Below are positions 35,195-44,526 of a stretch of 64,000 nucleotides of DNA, in pieces. Location: the UHGV virus genome UHGV-1370579; one strand, given 5' to 3'. Each line of letters begins with the position of its first letter. Position 1 is the stretch's first letter. Under the pieces are notes generated by a model that was given only the letters and a program-made list of their open reading frames with translations, did no database searches and had not been told where the DNA came from. The stretch comes from a virus. Made by a program: the position numbers and the translations under genes.

Positions 35195-35407
35195 TCATAG
35201 TACCCCACGAAACGCAGCGTAAAAGGTGGCAAAATGTTTAACCGTTTCAGCTATCACATTGCCGCGCTTATCAAATTTCTTTTCTGTAACACGAAAGGCA
35301 TTTTTGTTACGTGCTACATATTCAATTTTACAATCTTCACGCTCAAACGTGTTTACATCCACCAGCTTAAAGCCTTTCGAACGTGCAAGGGAAACGTTGC
35401 GGATCAT
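35195..35407 (-). CDS. hypothetical protein (70 aa)
   Basis: minus-strand ORF; start overlaps stop of upstream small membrane ORF (taaaATGa). Confidence 0.45.
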   Translation of the reverse strand: MIRNVSLARSKGFKLVDVNTFEREDCKIEYVARNKNAFRVTEKKFDKRGNVIAETVKHFATFYAAFRGVL

Positions 35408-35410
35408 TTT

Positions 35411-35560
35411 TATTCTCCTTTACCAGTCATGCAGCCCAGCAGATAAGAAAATGCGGCGATACCCGCGCCGATAATAACGGCGTGAACACCGAAAGCTATT
35501 GCAAACAACGATAAAATGGCGCCCAAGATACCAGCTAAAATAGCCCGAAAAATAACCATT
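35411..35560 (-). CDS. small hydrophobic membrane peptide (49 aa)
   Basis: MVIFRAILAGILGAILSLFAIAFGVHAVIIGAGIAAF; SD aggggagtagtacaaATG on minus strand. Confidence 0.35.
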
Positions 35561-35608
35561 TGTACTACTCCCCTAGTTAGTGGGGCGAAAGTAACGCCCC
35601 GTTATTAA

Positions 35609-35839
35609 TTACATTAAAACAATTTTAGCGGCTTGTTTTTTGGTGCAATGTTCCGCCTTCAGGGTATCCAGCAAAAAGCCAGCCGTTTGCTGATCAATCT
35701 TATCAGCGTTATACAATTCTTGGATGGTGTTATAAGTTTTAGCAATGCCATATTCTTGCACCATTTCGTGAATAATAACGCGGTTAGATACCCAGCCTTG
35801 AGCGGTGAACAGATGACTAGCAGAAGAATAAGCAACCAT
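35609..35839 (-). CDS. hypothetical protein (76 aa)
   Basis: minus-strand ORF. Confidence 0.45.
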   Translation of the reverse strand: MVAYSSASHLFTAQGWVSNRVIIHEMVQEYGIAKTYNTIQELYNADKIDQQTAGFLLDTLKAEHCTKKQAAKIVLM

Positions 35840-35943
35840 TTTAAGCCTCCAATTTTTTGGGAAATTTTCAATCCACCGTTTTGGTGTAAAAGCATTATAA
35901 CAAAAAAGGCCACCATAAAAGGCGACCTTTACAAAACTTTACA

Positions 35944-36438
35944 TTAGACTACTTGTAAGGATTCAATATTGAAACATCGTTTCAATTCGTCATGCAAAAC
36001 AGCGTATTCCTCCCATCGGGTACTATCAGGAATATAAACAAGCTGTTTTAATCGGTTTGCGTATATTACCGCTTTGTTACCAACTATCTCGACGCCACCA
36101 TATTTAATAATTAATTTCATGACGGAATTAATAGGATCGCCGCCGTTTACATATGTGCCGGATTTACTTAATTGATAATGATAAAGGCTTGCATATACAT
36201 TATCATTCTCATACCATTCGCCAGTATCTTCGTCTTCATAGCCATCGCTACCAAAACGAGAAGCATTATCAATAGCCCTTTCGTGAGCTAAAGCGTCCAG
36301 ATCCGTACCAGCAGGAACAAAATATTCCTCGGTATTCCCTTCCCCGCAGTAACCCGTATGACAATCAACCAAAATGATCATATCATGTTTAGCCGTGCTC
36401 ACTTCTCCCAGTGAGAAGCCATATTTTTCTTCTGACAT
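35944..36438 (-). CDS. hypothetical acidic protein (about 164 aa)
   Basis: minus-strand ORF, start MSEEKYGF with SD aggagg. Confidence 0.5.
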   Translation of the reverse strand: MSEEKYGFSLGEVSTAKHDMIILVDCHTGYCGEGNTEEYFVPAGTDLDALAHERAIDNASRFGSDGYEDEDTGEWYENDNVYASLYHYQLSKSGTYVNGGDPINSVMKLIIKYGGVEIVGNKAVIYANRLKQLVYIPDSTRWEEYAVLHDELKRCFNIESLQVV

Positions 36439-36504
36439 AATTAGCCTCCTATTAATTAACAAGGGAATAATAAAGCGGGGAAACAATCCCCGCTAAATTA
36501 GTTA

Positions 36505-37509
36505 TTACTCGCTTTCGGTGCTAGTGGTAAAAGTAGAAATATCAATACCTTTCACCATTTCATCAATCATTTCAGCGATATTAAAACTTTGTACCATTTC
36601 TAACATAGCCGCTTCCATAGCTGCACCTGCCACCGCTTTCGCCTTTTGGTTACTTGGGGCGTACTGGTCAACCGCTACGCTCAGCAGGTTGGCAATCACT
36701 ACTCGACCGATGGGTGTATCAATATAACCTTTAATCATAAACGGTGCTTTTTTAGCCGCTACTTTCGTAATTTGAGTCAGTGCAATTTTACCCGCTTCCA
36801 GTTTTGCAGCGTTTACAACAGCGGATTTATTAGCGGCAACAATATTAGCGATCTTGGTCATGGTGTTTTTTCCTTTATTTTCAGTAGTTTGCGCATTTGC
36901 GCTTGAAGTTTGAGATGGTACAGCCTGTTTTGCTACGTTGTCAACTGGTTTTAGTGTAAATCCAGCATTTGCAACATTTGTTTCACCCCCATACTCTAAA
37001 TAATCGTTAGGGATCAACATGTTACCCGTTGACTTTTCAAAACACAATACGCCAGTTGTTTCGATTGCGTTACTATCAGCACCTTTATAACTGGATGATA
37101 ATTCACGCCAGATACTATTTAATAACGATCCGACACTATCCAATCTGATATTATTTACTTTTGTTGCTGTTACCTGCTCTTTTTCTTGCACGTTATATAA
37201 TCGCGCAATGTAACCACTATGAGACTCACTATAACCAACAATGATAAAATCAATATCAGTCCCCCGACTATTACGGAAAATGTGATAATCACGGTTGAAA
37301 ATTACTAGCGCCCCTGTCTGGTCTAGTAATAGCGTGAAATCATCAACTGAATAATGAGTATCATTATTGTCTAAAATTTCATCGTGAATCTTTTCAATAA
37401 TAGTAGCAGTATGTTGTACACTTGCCGCACTACTACCATCTAGCAGGTTACGCAAACTACCTTTAACAATAGTGGCGTTTGCTGGTACTGCAATTCTTAC
37501 AGTAGACAT
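36505..37509 (-). CDS. hypothetical protein (334 aa), first gene of minus-strand cassette operon
   Basis: minus-strand ORF with SD gagggagacaaagaaATG; Ala/Lys-rich low-complexity C-terminal half. Confidence 0.55.
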   Translation of the reverse strand: MSTVRIAVPANATIVKGSLRNLLDGSSAASVQHTATIIEKIHDEILDNNDTHYSVDDFTLLLDQTGALVIFNRDYHIFRNSRGTDIDFIIVGYSESHSGYIARLYNVQEKEQVTATKVNNIRLDSVGSLLNSIWRELSSSYKGADSNAIETTGVLCFEKSTGNMLIPNDYLEYGGETNVANAGFTLKPVDNVAKQAVPSQTSSANAQTTENKGKNTMTKIANIVAANKSAVVNAAKLEAGKIALTQITKVAAKKAPFMIKGYIDTPIGRVVIANLLSVAVDQYAPSNQKAKAVAGAAMEAAMLEMVQSFNIAEMIDEMVKGIDISTFTTSTESE

Positions 37510-37706
37510 TTCTTTGTCTCCCTCGTTAATCGGTGAGTGAATGATATAGATAATTGTTCGCTAAGGGCAAGAAAAAAGAAAAGGTTTTTTATTCCTTGCC
37601 TTATGCTTGTTTTTATGATAACCGCGCGTTTCCTATTTCTAGCTCTCTGTAATCGTACACAAGGCTTTATTATAACAAGGGCAGCAGTGAGAAAACGCCG
37701 TGTAGC

Positions 37707-37723
37707 GCGTTTTAGGCCGCTTA
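37707..37723. repeat. 17-bp inverted repeat arm (GCGTTTTAGGCCGCTTA); partner at 38679-38695
   Basis: perfect reverse complement pair about 970 bp apart flanking the divergent promoter region and HNH gene. Confidence 0.7.
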
Positions 37724-37761
37724 AATTTGATTGCGGTTGTTACTGCTACCCTTCTACCCTG

Positions 37762-37873
37762 TATATTTATACAGTAGGATAACCTGTATATAAGTCTGTG
37801 TAAAAGTCGCCAAAACGTCGCCTATTGCGTCAAGTTATTTTACAAAATGTATAAGTCTGTGGATAACTTAAAT
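37762..37873 (+). repeat. right terminal inverted repeat of 4-kb cassette (palindrome ctgtatatttatacag; degenerate and perfect DnaA-box 23-mer)
   Basis: the 23-mer at 37851-37873 is the reverse complement of 33847-33869; the palindrome at 37763-37778 is the reverse complement of the left copy. Confidence 0.8.
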
Positions 37874-38056
37874 GATAGTGGTTCTCACTAACTAATTTAT
37901 ACAGTTATTATATAACAAAATATAGTTAGTTGGCTAATAGGATTTTAAAGTGATTATGAGTCTGCTAATTAAACCTGAAAAACTCATTAGCTAGCCTGCT
38001 ATTAATTTTGTTATAATATAATAGAGATTAAACTAATAACATAAGGAAACAATTAA

Positions 38057-38575
38057 ATGCCTAAGTATAAAGATATAGATTATGACCTTTTTAATAGTTA
38101 CTTTTATTATGATGAAACGTCGTTATCGTTTTTACGTTGGCGAGAAGATCACGCCATCGCAGGTGGTTTAAATGGTAATTATTGGCAAGTTGAACTATTA
38201 GACATGGGACAATTCAAAGTACATAGAATTATCTTTTGTATAATGAATGGCGGTATAGATAGCGAGCTAATGATTGACCATATTGATCGTAACACTCGTA
38301 ATAATAACATCTGGAATCTTCGCGCGGTTGATAGTTCGCAGAATAATTATAATCGCACTCCTAGTGAGTATGAAAATTGTAAGCGTGCTAATGGTATCCC
38401 TAAAAACATTTACGTTAATAAAGTTCGCCCCCGTGATAGTTACGGGCGTGACTATTTGACTGCTCAAATTAAGAATCCTATTACTAACAAGCGTGTTAGT
38501 AAGTCTGGTTATGATTTACAAGAGTTATTATTATGGCTTGAAATTAAAAAAGCTGAATTTGGAATTGTCAATTAA
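38057..38575 (+). CDS. HNH_3 + AP2-domain homing endonuclease
   Basis: YYDETSLSFLRWRED...IDHIDRNTRNNNIWNLRAV (HNH_3) and YENCKRANGIPKNIYVNKVRPRDSYGRDYLTAQI (AP2-like); AT-rich relative to surroundings. Confidence 0.75.
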   Translation: MPKYKDIDYDLFNSYFYYDETSLSFLRWREDHAIAGGLNGNYWQVELLDMGQFKVHRIIFCIMNGGIDSELMIDHIDRNTRNNNIWNLRAVDSSQNNYNRTPSEYENCKRANGIPKNIYVNKVRPRDSYGRDYLTAQIKNPITNKRVSKSGYDLQELLLWLEIKKAEFGIVN

Positions 38576-38678
38576 TTTATTTACTAAATTAACTCATTTA
38601 GTCTTGATTTTAAAAAGTCAATGCCTTTTACAACTATTTTTCAATTTTGCTTTTGTTAAACATTTGTTAAATCGAAAA

Positions 38679-38695
38679 TAAGCGGCCTAAAACGC
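38679..38695. repeat. 17-bp inverted repeat arm (TAAGCGGCCTAAAACGC); partner at 37707-37723
   Basis: see partner. Confidence 0.7.
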
Positions 38696-39021
38696 CCTAG
38701 AACGCAATAAAGTTTTTAGCCATCCCATCATAAGGGGATAAGCCGTTTATCGCTGCCACGAGCTTTTTAGATTTTGTCAAGTAGGGGAAAGCAAATATAA
38801 ATGAAAAAATTACTTGCCTATTTGCTTTGTTTTGTGGTATTCGCGCGCCCGTTTCTTTTAATTTTAGGCCGTCACCGCACGCCGTCCGGTGAATTTTGTC
38901 TTTACGTTTCTTTACAAAAATAAGGTTGCGCCATTTTCGGGAATCCCCTATTATTTATCACGTAGGGCGGCAATGACGAACTACACGGCGGGAAGTTTAC
39001 CGCCACGCTCTTTAAAAATTG

Positions 39022-39045
39022 GGTACATCTTAAAGCCTATCGGCG
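39022..39045. repeat. 24-bp perfect inverted repeat arm (GGGTACATCTTAAAGCCTATCGGC); partner at 39288-39311
   Basis: perfect reverse-complement pair bracketing the 67-aa gene at 39077-39280. Confidence 0.8.
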
Positions 39046-39076
39046 GTAAACTTATCTATTATAAGGAATCGACGAT

Positions 39077-39280
39077 ATGAAACAAACTTTATTGATCACT
39101 GGCAAGCCTAGCAAGGCACTGGATAGCGAAACTAAAAAATTGTTGACAATAGCTCAACAATCCGTAAAATACCGATTTGCGCAGTACAAGAAAGGCCGCC
39201 AGCAAGGTTTAGAAATGATCTGGCGCAATATTATGATTGACCTGAAAGAAAATCATAAAAAACTGCAAAAAACTGTTTGA
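39077..39280 (+). CDS. small basic hypothetical protein (67 aa) bracketed by 24-bp inverted repeats
   Basis: ORF with aaggaatcgacgatATG; IR arms 31 bp upstream of the start and 8 bp downstream of the stop. Confidence 0.5.
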   Translation: MKQTLLITGKPSKALDSETKKLLTIAQQSVKYRFAQYKKGRQQGLEMIWRNIMIDLKENHKKLQKTV

Positions 39281-39287
39281 CACCCTA

Positions 39288-39311
39288 GCCGATAGGCTTT
39301 AAGATGTACCC
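39288..39311. repeat. 24-bp perfect inverted repeat arm; partner at 39022-39045
   Basis: see partner. Confidence 0.8.
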
Positions 39312-39512
39312 AGTTCGATGAGAGCGATAACTTGATAAAATTTGACGGTCGGCACTTACCATAATGTGCCCCGCCCCCTAACTGGGATATAGCGGCCTGC
39401 AAGGAGTTCTTTAAATTGATTATAATGGCGAGCGGATTGTTACTTATTACCTGCTATTACTTTTCTAGCAGGTAATGCGGAACAATCCCCTAAATAACTT
39501 GGAGTTTATACT

Positions 39513-39764
39513 ATGAAAAACGTTATTACCGCGCCTAAAATTGGTCAATCCGTTTTCATCCCTTTCGTTACTAAAACGGACGAATTAACCGGAAAAGCCG
39601 AACGTATTAAAGGTGCGGCGCTTATGCCGTTCGATACAATCGACGCGGTATACGCTGAAAATGAACGCAGTAACAACGGCAAGCCCGTTTTTAGCGTTCG
39701 CGTTAAATCCGGCGATGTTGTAAAGGTTGTTCAACGCAACGAAAAATGGGAAGCTGTTTTATAA
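39513..39764 (+). CDS. hypothetical protein (83 aa)
   Basis: ORF with cttggagtttatactATG; followed by hairpin tatatccctc...gggggatata. Confidence 0.5.
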   Translation: MKNVITAPKIGQSVFIPFVTKTDELTGKAERIKGAALMPFDTIDAVYAENERSNNGKPVFSVRVKSGDVVKVVQRNEKWEAVL

Positions 39765-39862
39765 TTTAGTGCTAACTTTATATCCCTCTTATTTCAGGGG
39801 GATATAACGATTAACATTAAGTTAATCTAATCCCTTAAATTAAACTAATAGGAGTTTTTACC

Positions 39863-40270
39863 ATGACTAACGCAAAAACCGCAAAATTCGCATGGAATGA
39901 AGAAAACACTCAGAAAGCTGTTACCATGTACCAGCAGTTAATCAACGAAAACGGTTTAGATTTTGCAAATAGCGACGGCCTGAAAGAGATTGCAAAAGCA
40001 GTAGGCGCGGCCTCCCCCGTATCCGTTCGCTCAAAATTGACCAGTGCAAAAGCCTATCAGAAAAGCGATAAGCCGCGTAAAGTTGGCGGCGGCAGTTCCA
40101 TTCGTAAAGCGCATTATGTGCGTGTTATTGCAAAACATGCGATCGATTCCGGCATTATCAAAGACGCCGATGATCTGGCAAGTCTGGAAAGTGCAAAATT
40201 GGAAACGCTGGACGCCGTGGCGCAACTGTTAGGCGTTGCCGATGAAGTAAAACAAGCCGCAGGTGAATAA
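39863..40270 (+). CDS. A2: A2-like pre-early protein (135 aa)
   Basis: 135 aa equals the recalled size of T5 A2; lies immediately upstream of the A1-like 556-aa gene; conserved pre-early upstream motif aatcccttaaat..ggagtttt. Confidence 0.5.
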   Translation: MTNAKTAKFAWNEENTQKAVTMYQQLINENGLDFANSDGLKEIAKAVGAASPVSVRSKLTSAKAYQKSDKPRKVGGGSSIRKAHYVRVIAKHAIDSGIIKDADDLASLESAKLETLDAVAQLLGVADEVKQAAGE

Positions 40271-40359
40271 TAGTTATATCTTGCCCCTTCTAGCGAGGGG
40301 GCAATAATATAACTGTTTAGCGATAGCTATTTTCTTCCCTTAAATCAGGAGTTTTATAA

Positions 40360-40557
40360 ATGATTTTCTTTCCTACTGAATCTTTAATTCTAGGCTTATT
40401 TATTATGGCGGCCTCATTATTGTTTGCTTATTTTCAAAATGATTTAGATTCATATTATTTTAAACGTAAATCTAAATTAGCAAAGCGTTTGGGCTTACTT
40501 TGTTTTATTGCCGCCGTTGCTTGTGGTGTTAGTTCTAGCCTAGTGCCTTTAAATTAA
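40360..40557 (+). CDS. small membrane protein (65 aa)
   Basis: two TM helices; conserved pre-early upstream motif. Confidence 0.45.
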   Translation: MIFFPTESLILGLFIMAASLLFAYFQNDLDSYYFKRKSKLAKRLGLLCFIAAVACGVSSSLVPLN

Positions 40558-40647
40558 TGTTGCAAATTATAACGCCTATTATTTGAGGCGTTATATTTGG
40601 CAATATTGCCGTTATTAACCTAATCCCTTTAATGGAGTTTTATTACT

Positions 40648-42318
40648 ATGATTATTTCCGCAGAAAAACAAACCGTTATCCTGAAAATGGCCGCTGACTT
40701 TAACTTCTACGGTAAACGCCTGCGCGCCACTAAATTGGAAGTTTGTGACGATATTTCGAAAGCGGTATACGATACTACTAAACACTCCACCGCCATTTGT
40801 GATTGGTTGGAAGCAAATAAACCAGCGAAACCAAAAGCGGCAAAAGTAGCAAAAGCCATTAAAAATGATGAGCGCCCAGAAGCGGCTGGGATTGTTTCTA
40901 GTACGGTGGAGCAATGGGAAGTAAAACAAGGTAAACGCTTTATTATTACATCGATTCAGAATAATACTTTCCCGCATAAAAACTTTTTAGCCTCACTGGA
41001 GCAATTTGCTAAATATATCGGTGCTGATTTGCTTGTTTCTAAGTATATTTATAATAAAAACGGTTTTCAAAATGGGGAAGGTGCGGATGGAATCAAATAT
41101 GATTCCGCGTTCGATAAATATATTTGCAGCAAAAACGTGTTTTTAAATAACCGCCGCTTTGCTTTCATGGCTGAAATTAATGTTTTGCCAACCGCAGATT
41201 ATCCGCTTTCTGGATTCGCCGAGACTGCAACGGCTTTAAATATTGAGGGGCTGGCAATTGGTCACGCTAAAATTACCGCTGAAAGCGTGCCAGCTTTAAA
41301 AGGTGAAGTAGTGCGCCGTATGTATTCAACCGGAACGGCAACGTTAAAAAACTACATTCAGCAGAAAGCAGGACAAAAGGCCGAGGCGCTGCATAACTTC
41401 GGTGCGCTGATTGTCGAGTTCGACGAGGACGGGGAATTTTTTGTTCGCCAGCTTGAAACAATGGACGAAAGCGGGGTGTTTTATGATCTGAACGTTTGCG
41501 CTACTCCTGCCGGATGCTATGAGACATCGGGGCATGTTTTAGGCTTGCAGTATGGCGATATTCACGCCGAAAAATTAGATGAGGAGTGCGCCGCCGCATC
41601 TTGGGGGCATGGTGATACTTATGGGCTAGTAGATATTCTTAAACCAAAATATCAGTTTGTGCATGACGTTCACGATTTTACATCCCGCAATCATCATAAC
41701 CGCGCATCCGGTGTATTCCTAGCTAAACAATACGCCGCCGGACGTGATAAAGTTCTGGATGATCTTATCGATACGGGGCGCGTGCTAGAATCAATGGAAC
41801 GTGATTTTAGTCAAACAATCATTGTTGAATCTAATCACGATTTGGCGCTATCCCGTTGGCTTGATGATCGTAATGCTAACATCAAAGACGATCCAGCAAA
41901 CGCCGAGTTATATCACCGCCTGAATGCCGCTATTTACGGAGCTATTGCAGAAAAAGACGATACTTTCAACGTGCTAGATTATGCGCTGCGCAAGGTTGCA
42001 GGCTGTGAATTTAACGCCATTTTCCTGACCACTGACCAATCTTTCAAGATTGCAGGCATCGAGTGCGGCGTACACGGTCACAACGGCATTAACGGGAGCC
42101 GTGGCAATCCGAAACAGTTTAAGAAATTGGGCAAATTAAACACCGGACACACCCACACCGCCAGCATTTACGGCGGCGTTTATACCGCTGGCGTATCGGG
42201 GAGCCTCGATATGGGTTACAATGTTGGCGCGTCAAGCTGGACGCAAACGCATGTTATTACCTATGCAAACGGTCAGCGTACTTTGATCGACTTTAAGAAC
42301 GGTAAATTCTTTGCGTAA
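40648..42318 (+). CDS. A1: A1-like pre-early protein with metallophosphatase motifs (556 aa)
   Basis: 556 aa equals the recalled size of T5 A1; GDIHAE, GHGDTYG, GVHGHNGINGSRGN and GHTHT phosphoesterase-like motifs in the C-terminal half. Confidence 0.6.
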   Translation: MIISAEKQTVILKMAADFNFYGKRLRATKLEVCDDISKAVYDTTKHSTAICDWLEANKPAKPKAAKVAKAIKNDERPEAAGIVSSTVEQWEVKQGKRFIITSIQNNTFPHKNFLASLEQFAKYIGADLLVSKYIYNKNGFQNGEGADGIKYDSAFDKYICSKNVFLNNRRFAFMAEINVLPTADYPLSGFAETATALNIEGLAIGHAKITAESVPALKGEVVRRMYSTGTATLKNYIQQKAGQKAEALHNFGALIVEFDEDGEFFVRQLETMDESGVFYDLNVCATPAGCYETSGHVLGLQYGDIHAEKLDEECAAASWGHGDTYGLVDILKPKYQFVHDVHDFTSRNHHNRASGVFLAKQYAAGRDKVLDDLIDTGRVLESMERDFSQTIIVESNHDLALSRWLDDRNANIKDDPANAELYHRLNAAIYGAIAEKDDTFNVLDYALRKVAGCEFNAIFLTTDQSFKIAGIECGVHGHNGINGSRGNPKQFKKLGKLNTGHTHTASIYGGVYTAGVSGSLDMGYNVGASSWTQTHVITYANGQRTLIDFKNGKFFA

Positions 42319-42371
42319 TTAATTAATACCCTAGCGGCTTGAAATATAGCCGCTATTACAGGAGTCAAAAA

Positions 42372-42629
42372 ATGAAAGTTACATTACCCAAAACATTGGA
42401 CGAAAAAGTATTCATTTCACCGGATGAAATGGAATCTGATAAAGTTTACAGCTTCGGGCCTATCCTAGCCGCCAAAACTAATACGGATGGTATTATTTCC
42501 GTCGATTCCCGTGATAACGATATTGTCCCTTTTGATGATGATGGCGCTTTTTATGAGTGGCTAAGCGATAATAATTTACCCGTAAATGGTGAATTAACGC
42601 CGTATCAAATGCAAATTATTATCAAGTAA
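42372..42629 (+). CDS. hypothetical protein (about 85 aa)
   Basis: ATG with caggagtcaaaaaATG after hairpin. Confidence 0.45.
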   Translation: MKVTLPKTLDEKVFISPDEMESDKVYSFGPILAAKTNTDGIISVDSRDNDIVPFDDDGAFYEWLSDNNLPVNGELTPYQMQIIIK

Positions 42630-42667
42630 ATTAAACCCCTTATTAAACTAATTGGAGTTTTATAAAT

Positions 42668-43066
42668 ATGAAAAAGCAAAATATTCCATTCGATCGCGCT
42701 CAATCCTCAATTGTTTTAGTTTATTCTAATGGTGAGCGTTATCACGTCGAGGCCGGTCACGTTGTCGATGATTTAATCGAGTTTAACGAGGCGCTACAGA
42801 TCACTACTTTCGCCTATACCACGGGCAAGCTATCAAGCCGCATCAAGGCGAAAGGCGTTTACATTGACACGGTGAAACAAGAAACGATTATCATCGACGC
42901 CGTAAAATCCGGCCTAGCCTTTGCGGTAGTCGCGCCTTGCCCCGCTTGCCTTGATGATCAGCTAATGAGCGCAAAGGTGTATACCTGCGCTGGTATTCGT
43001 TCCAGTGTATCGGGTGAAGATATTACCGTCATCGCTGATGCGCTTGCGTTTGGTCTGGCATTTTAA
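42668..43066 (+). CDS. hypothetical protein (132 aa)
   Basis: conserved pre-early upstream motif ttggagttttataaatATG. Confidence 0.5.
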   Translation: MKKQNIPFDRAQSSIVLVYSNGERYHVEAGHVVDDLIEFNEALQITTFAYTTGKLSSRIKAKGVYIDTVKQETIIIDAVKSGLAFAVVAPCPACLDDQLMSAKVYTCAGIRSSVSGEDITVIADALAFGLAF

Positions 43067-43146
43067 TAGTTAATTTATTATTACCCGCTATTAAATAGCG
43101 GGTAATGCTGAACTAACTTAATCCCTCAAATGGAGAATGCAACAAA

Positions 43147-43881
43147 ATGAATAAATCTATTACTAATTCTTTCCGTACTTTCCCGCATATTTCCCGCGTC
43201 ATGATTTGGGATCTGGACGGCACTATCATTAATTCTTTCCATCGTGTAGCGCCTTGCTTTGATAGTGAGGGCAATTTAGATTTAAATAAGTATAAGAATG
43301 AAGCGTGTAAACATCATTTAATAATGCAGGATTCATTATTACCATTAGTTGAATATATGCGCCAGTGCATGAATGATGTTAATACGTTAAACATTATCTG
43401 CACCGCTCGACTGATGAGCAAGTCGGATTATTATTACCTACGCAAGCAAGGACTGCGAGGGCGTGGGGATAGCAATATCCGCGTATTTTCCCGCGATACA
43501 CTACACAAATATTTTGAAGCTGATAAAGTTAGCGAAATATACCACAGTAAGGACGCAGTTTATAAATCTTATTATTTTGAATTATTTAAACAGTTATATC
43601 CGAACGCTGATTTTACAATGATTGACGATCATAAAGGCGTGCTATCAGCGGCTGCGTCATACGGATTTAAAACGCTGGACGCGCAAGCTATTAACGATAT
43701 TCTATCAATCGGTGTCACATTGATAGGTGAAACCTTTATTGATGAGTCGCTCGATGATGATAATGATTATCAATTCCTAGCCGACCGCCTGCAATTATGT
43801 TGGGAAAGTATGACCGAAGAAGAACGCGCAGAATATAGTTGCAGCCCGCAACAATATATTGAGAAATTAAAAGTTGCCTAA
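43147..43881 (+). CDS. dmp: HAD-family 5'-deoxyribonucleotidase (Dmp-like, 244 aa)
   Basis: MIWDLDGTIINSF HAD motif I; 244 aa equals the recalled size of T5 Dmp; position at the outer end of the pre-early block. Confidence 0.65.
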   Translation: MNKSITNSFRTFPHISRVMIWDLDGTIINSFHRVAPCFDSEGNLDLNKYKNEACKHHLIMQDSLLPLVEYMRQCMNDVNTLNIICTARLMSKSDYYYLRKQGLRGRGDSNIRVFSRDTLHKYFEADKVSEIYHSKDAVYKSYYFELFKQLYPNADFTMIDDHKGVLSAAASYGFKTLDAQAINDILSIGVTLIGETFIDESLDDDNDYQFLADRLQLCWESMTEEERAEYSCSPQQYIEKLKVA

Positions 43882-44052
43882 CAATTAAGATTGAGATTGT
43901 TTCACCTTGCAATTAAAATGGTTGCAGGGTGAAACAGTTAGCATGGTAATAGTAACACAGGGGGATTATTAGACTACTAACTATCCCCAGTCCCACTGAG
44001 CACATCCGCATGTGTAATCTTATGAAATTTCAAGATTTTCAAATTAGCGCTA

Positions 44053-44526
44053 TTAACCGTGGTTTGTGAACTCACCACATACTTTCTCACGTGCTTCCCT
44101 TATCGCACTTTCAGCTTCCTCAAGACTCTCGAAATAGGCCGAGATAAAATACTTACCTTGGTGTCTACCGCGTGCTCTCCACTTCTTACGAGTGTTATCC
44201 CAGTATACTCCCTTAACTCCCGAGATATTGTTCTTAGATAGACGCTGATTCGCTAAGTTCTGCTCATGTGATGCTTTACGAAGATTATTCTTTCTATTAT
44301 CTAGTCCCTCACAGTTTTTATGGTCTATGAGAGATTCTCCGGGATCTTCTCCGTAGATGCACCACCAAGCTAGGCGATGCACTCTAAACTCTCCGAACTG
44401 TGGGTGACGATATATGAGATAACCTTCACTTTCCTTAGTATACCCTATAATAGGCAGGAATCGCCCCGTATCTGGATCATATGAAAAACTACCAGCTATT
44501 TCATCAGGGATTTTCTTAAATATCAT
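44053..44526 (-). CDS. HNH_3 + AP2-domain homing endonuclease
   Basis: SFSYDPDTGRF...HRLAWW...IDHKN..DNRKNNLR (HNH_3); GVYWDNTRKKWRARGRHQGKYFISAYFESLEEAESAIREA (AP2). Confidence 0.75.
   Translation of the reverse strand: MIFKKIPDEIAGSFSYDPDTGRFLPIIGYTKESEGYLIYRHPQFGEFRVHRLAWWCIYGEDPGESLIDHKNCEGLDNRKNNLRKASHEQNLANQRLSKNNISGVKGVYWDNTRKKWRARGRHQGKYFISAYFESLEEAESAIREAREKVCGEFTNHG

Noticed and set aside
37537-37782. ORF 37537-37782 (+) upstream of the 334-aa minus-strand gene
   Set aside because: It lies in the divergent promoter/TIR region, is rich in Arg/Cys with a low-complexity translation, and overlaps the inverted-repeat elements.
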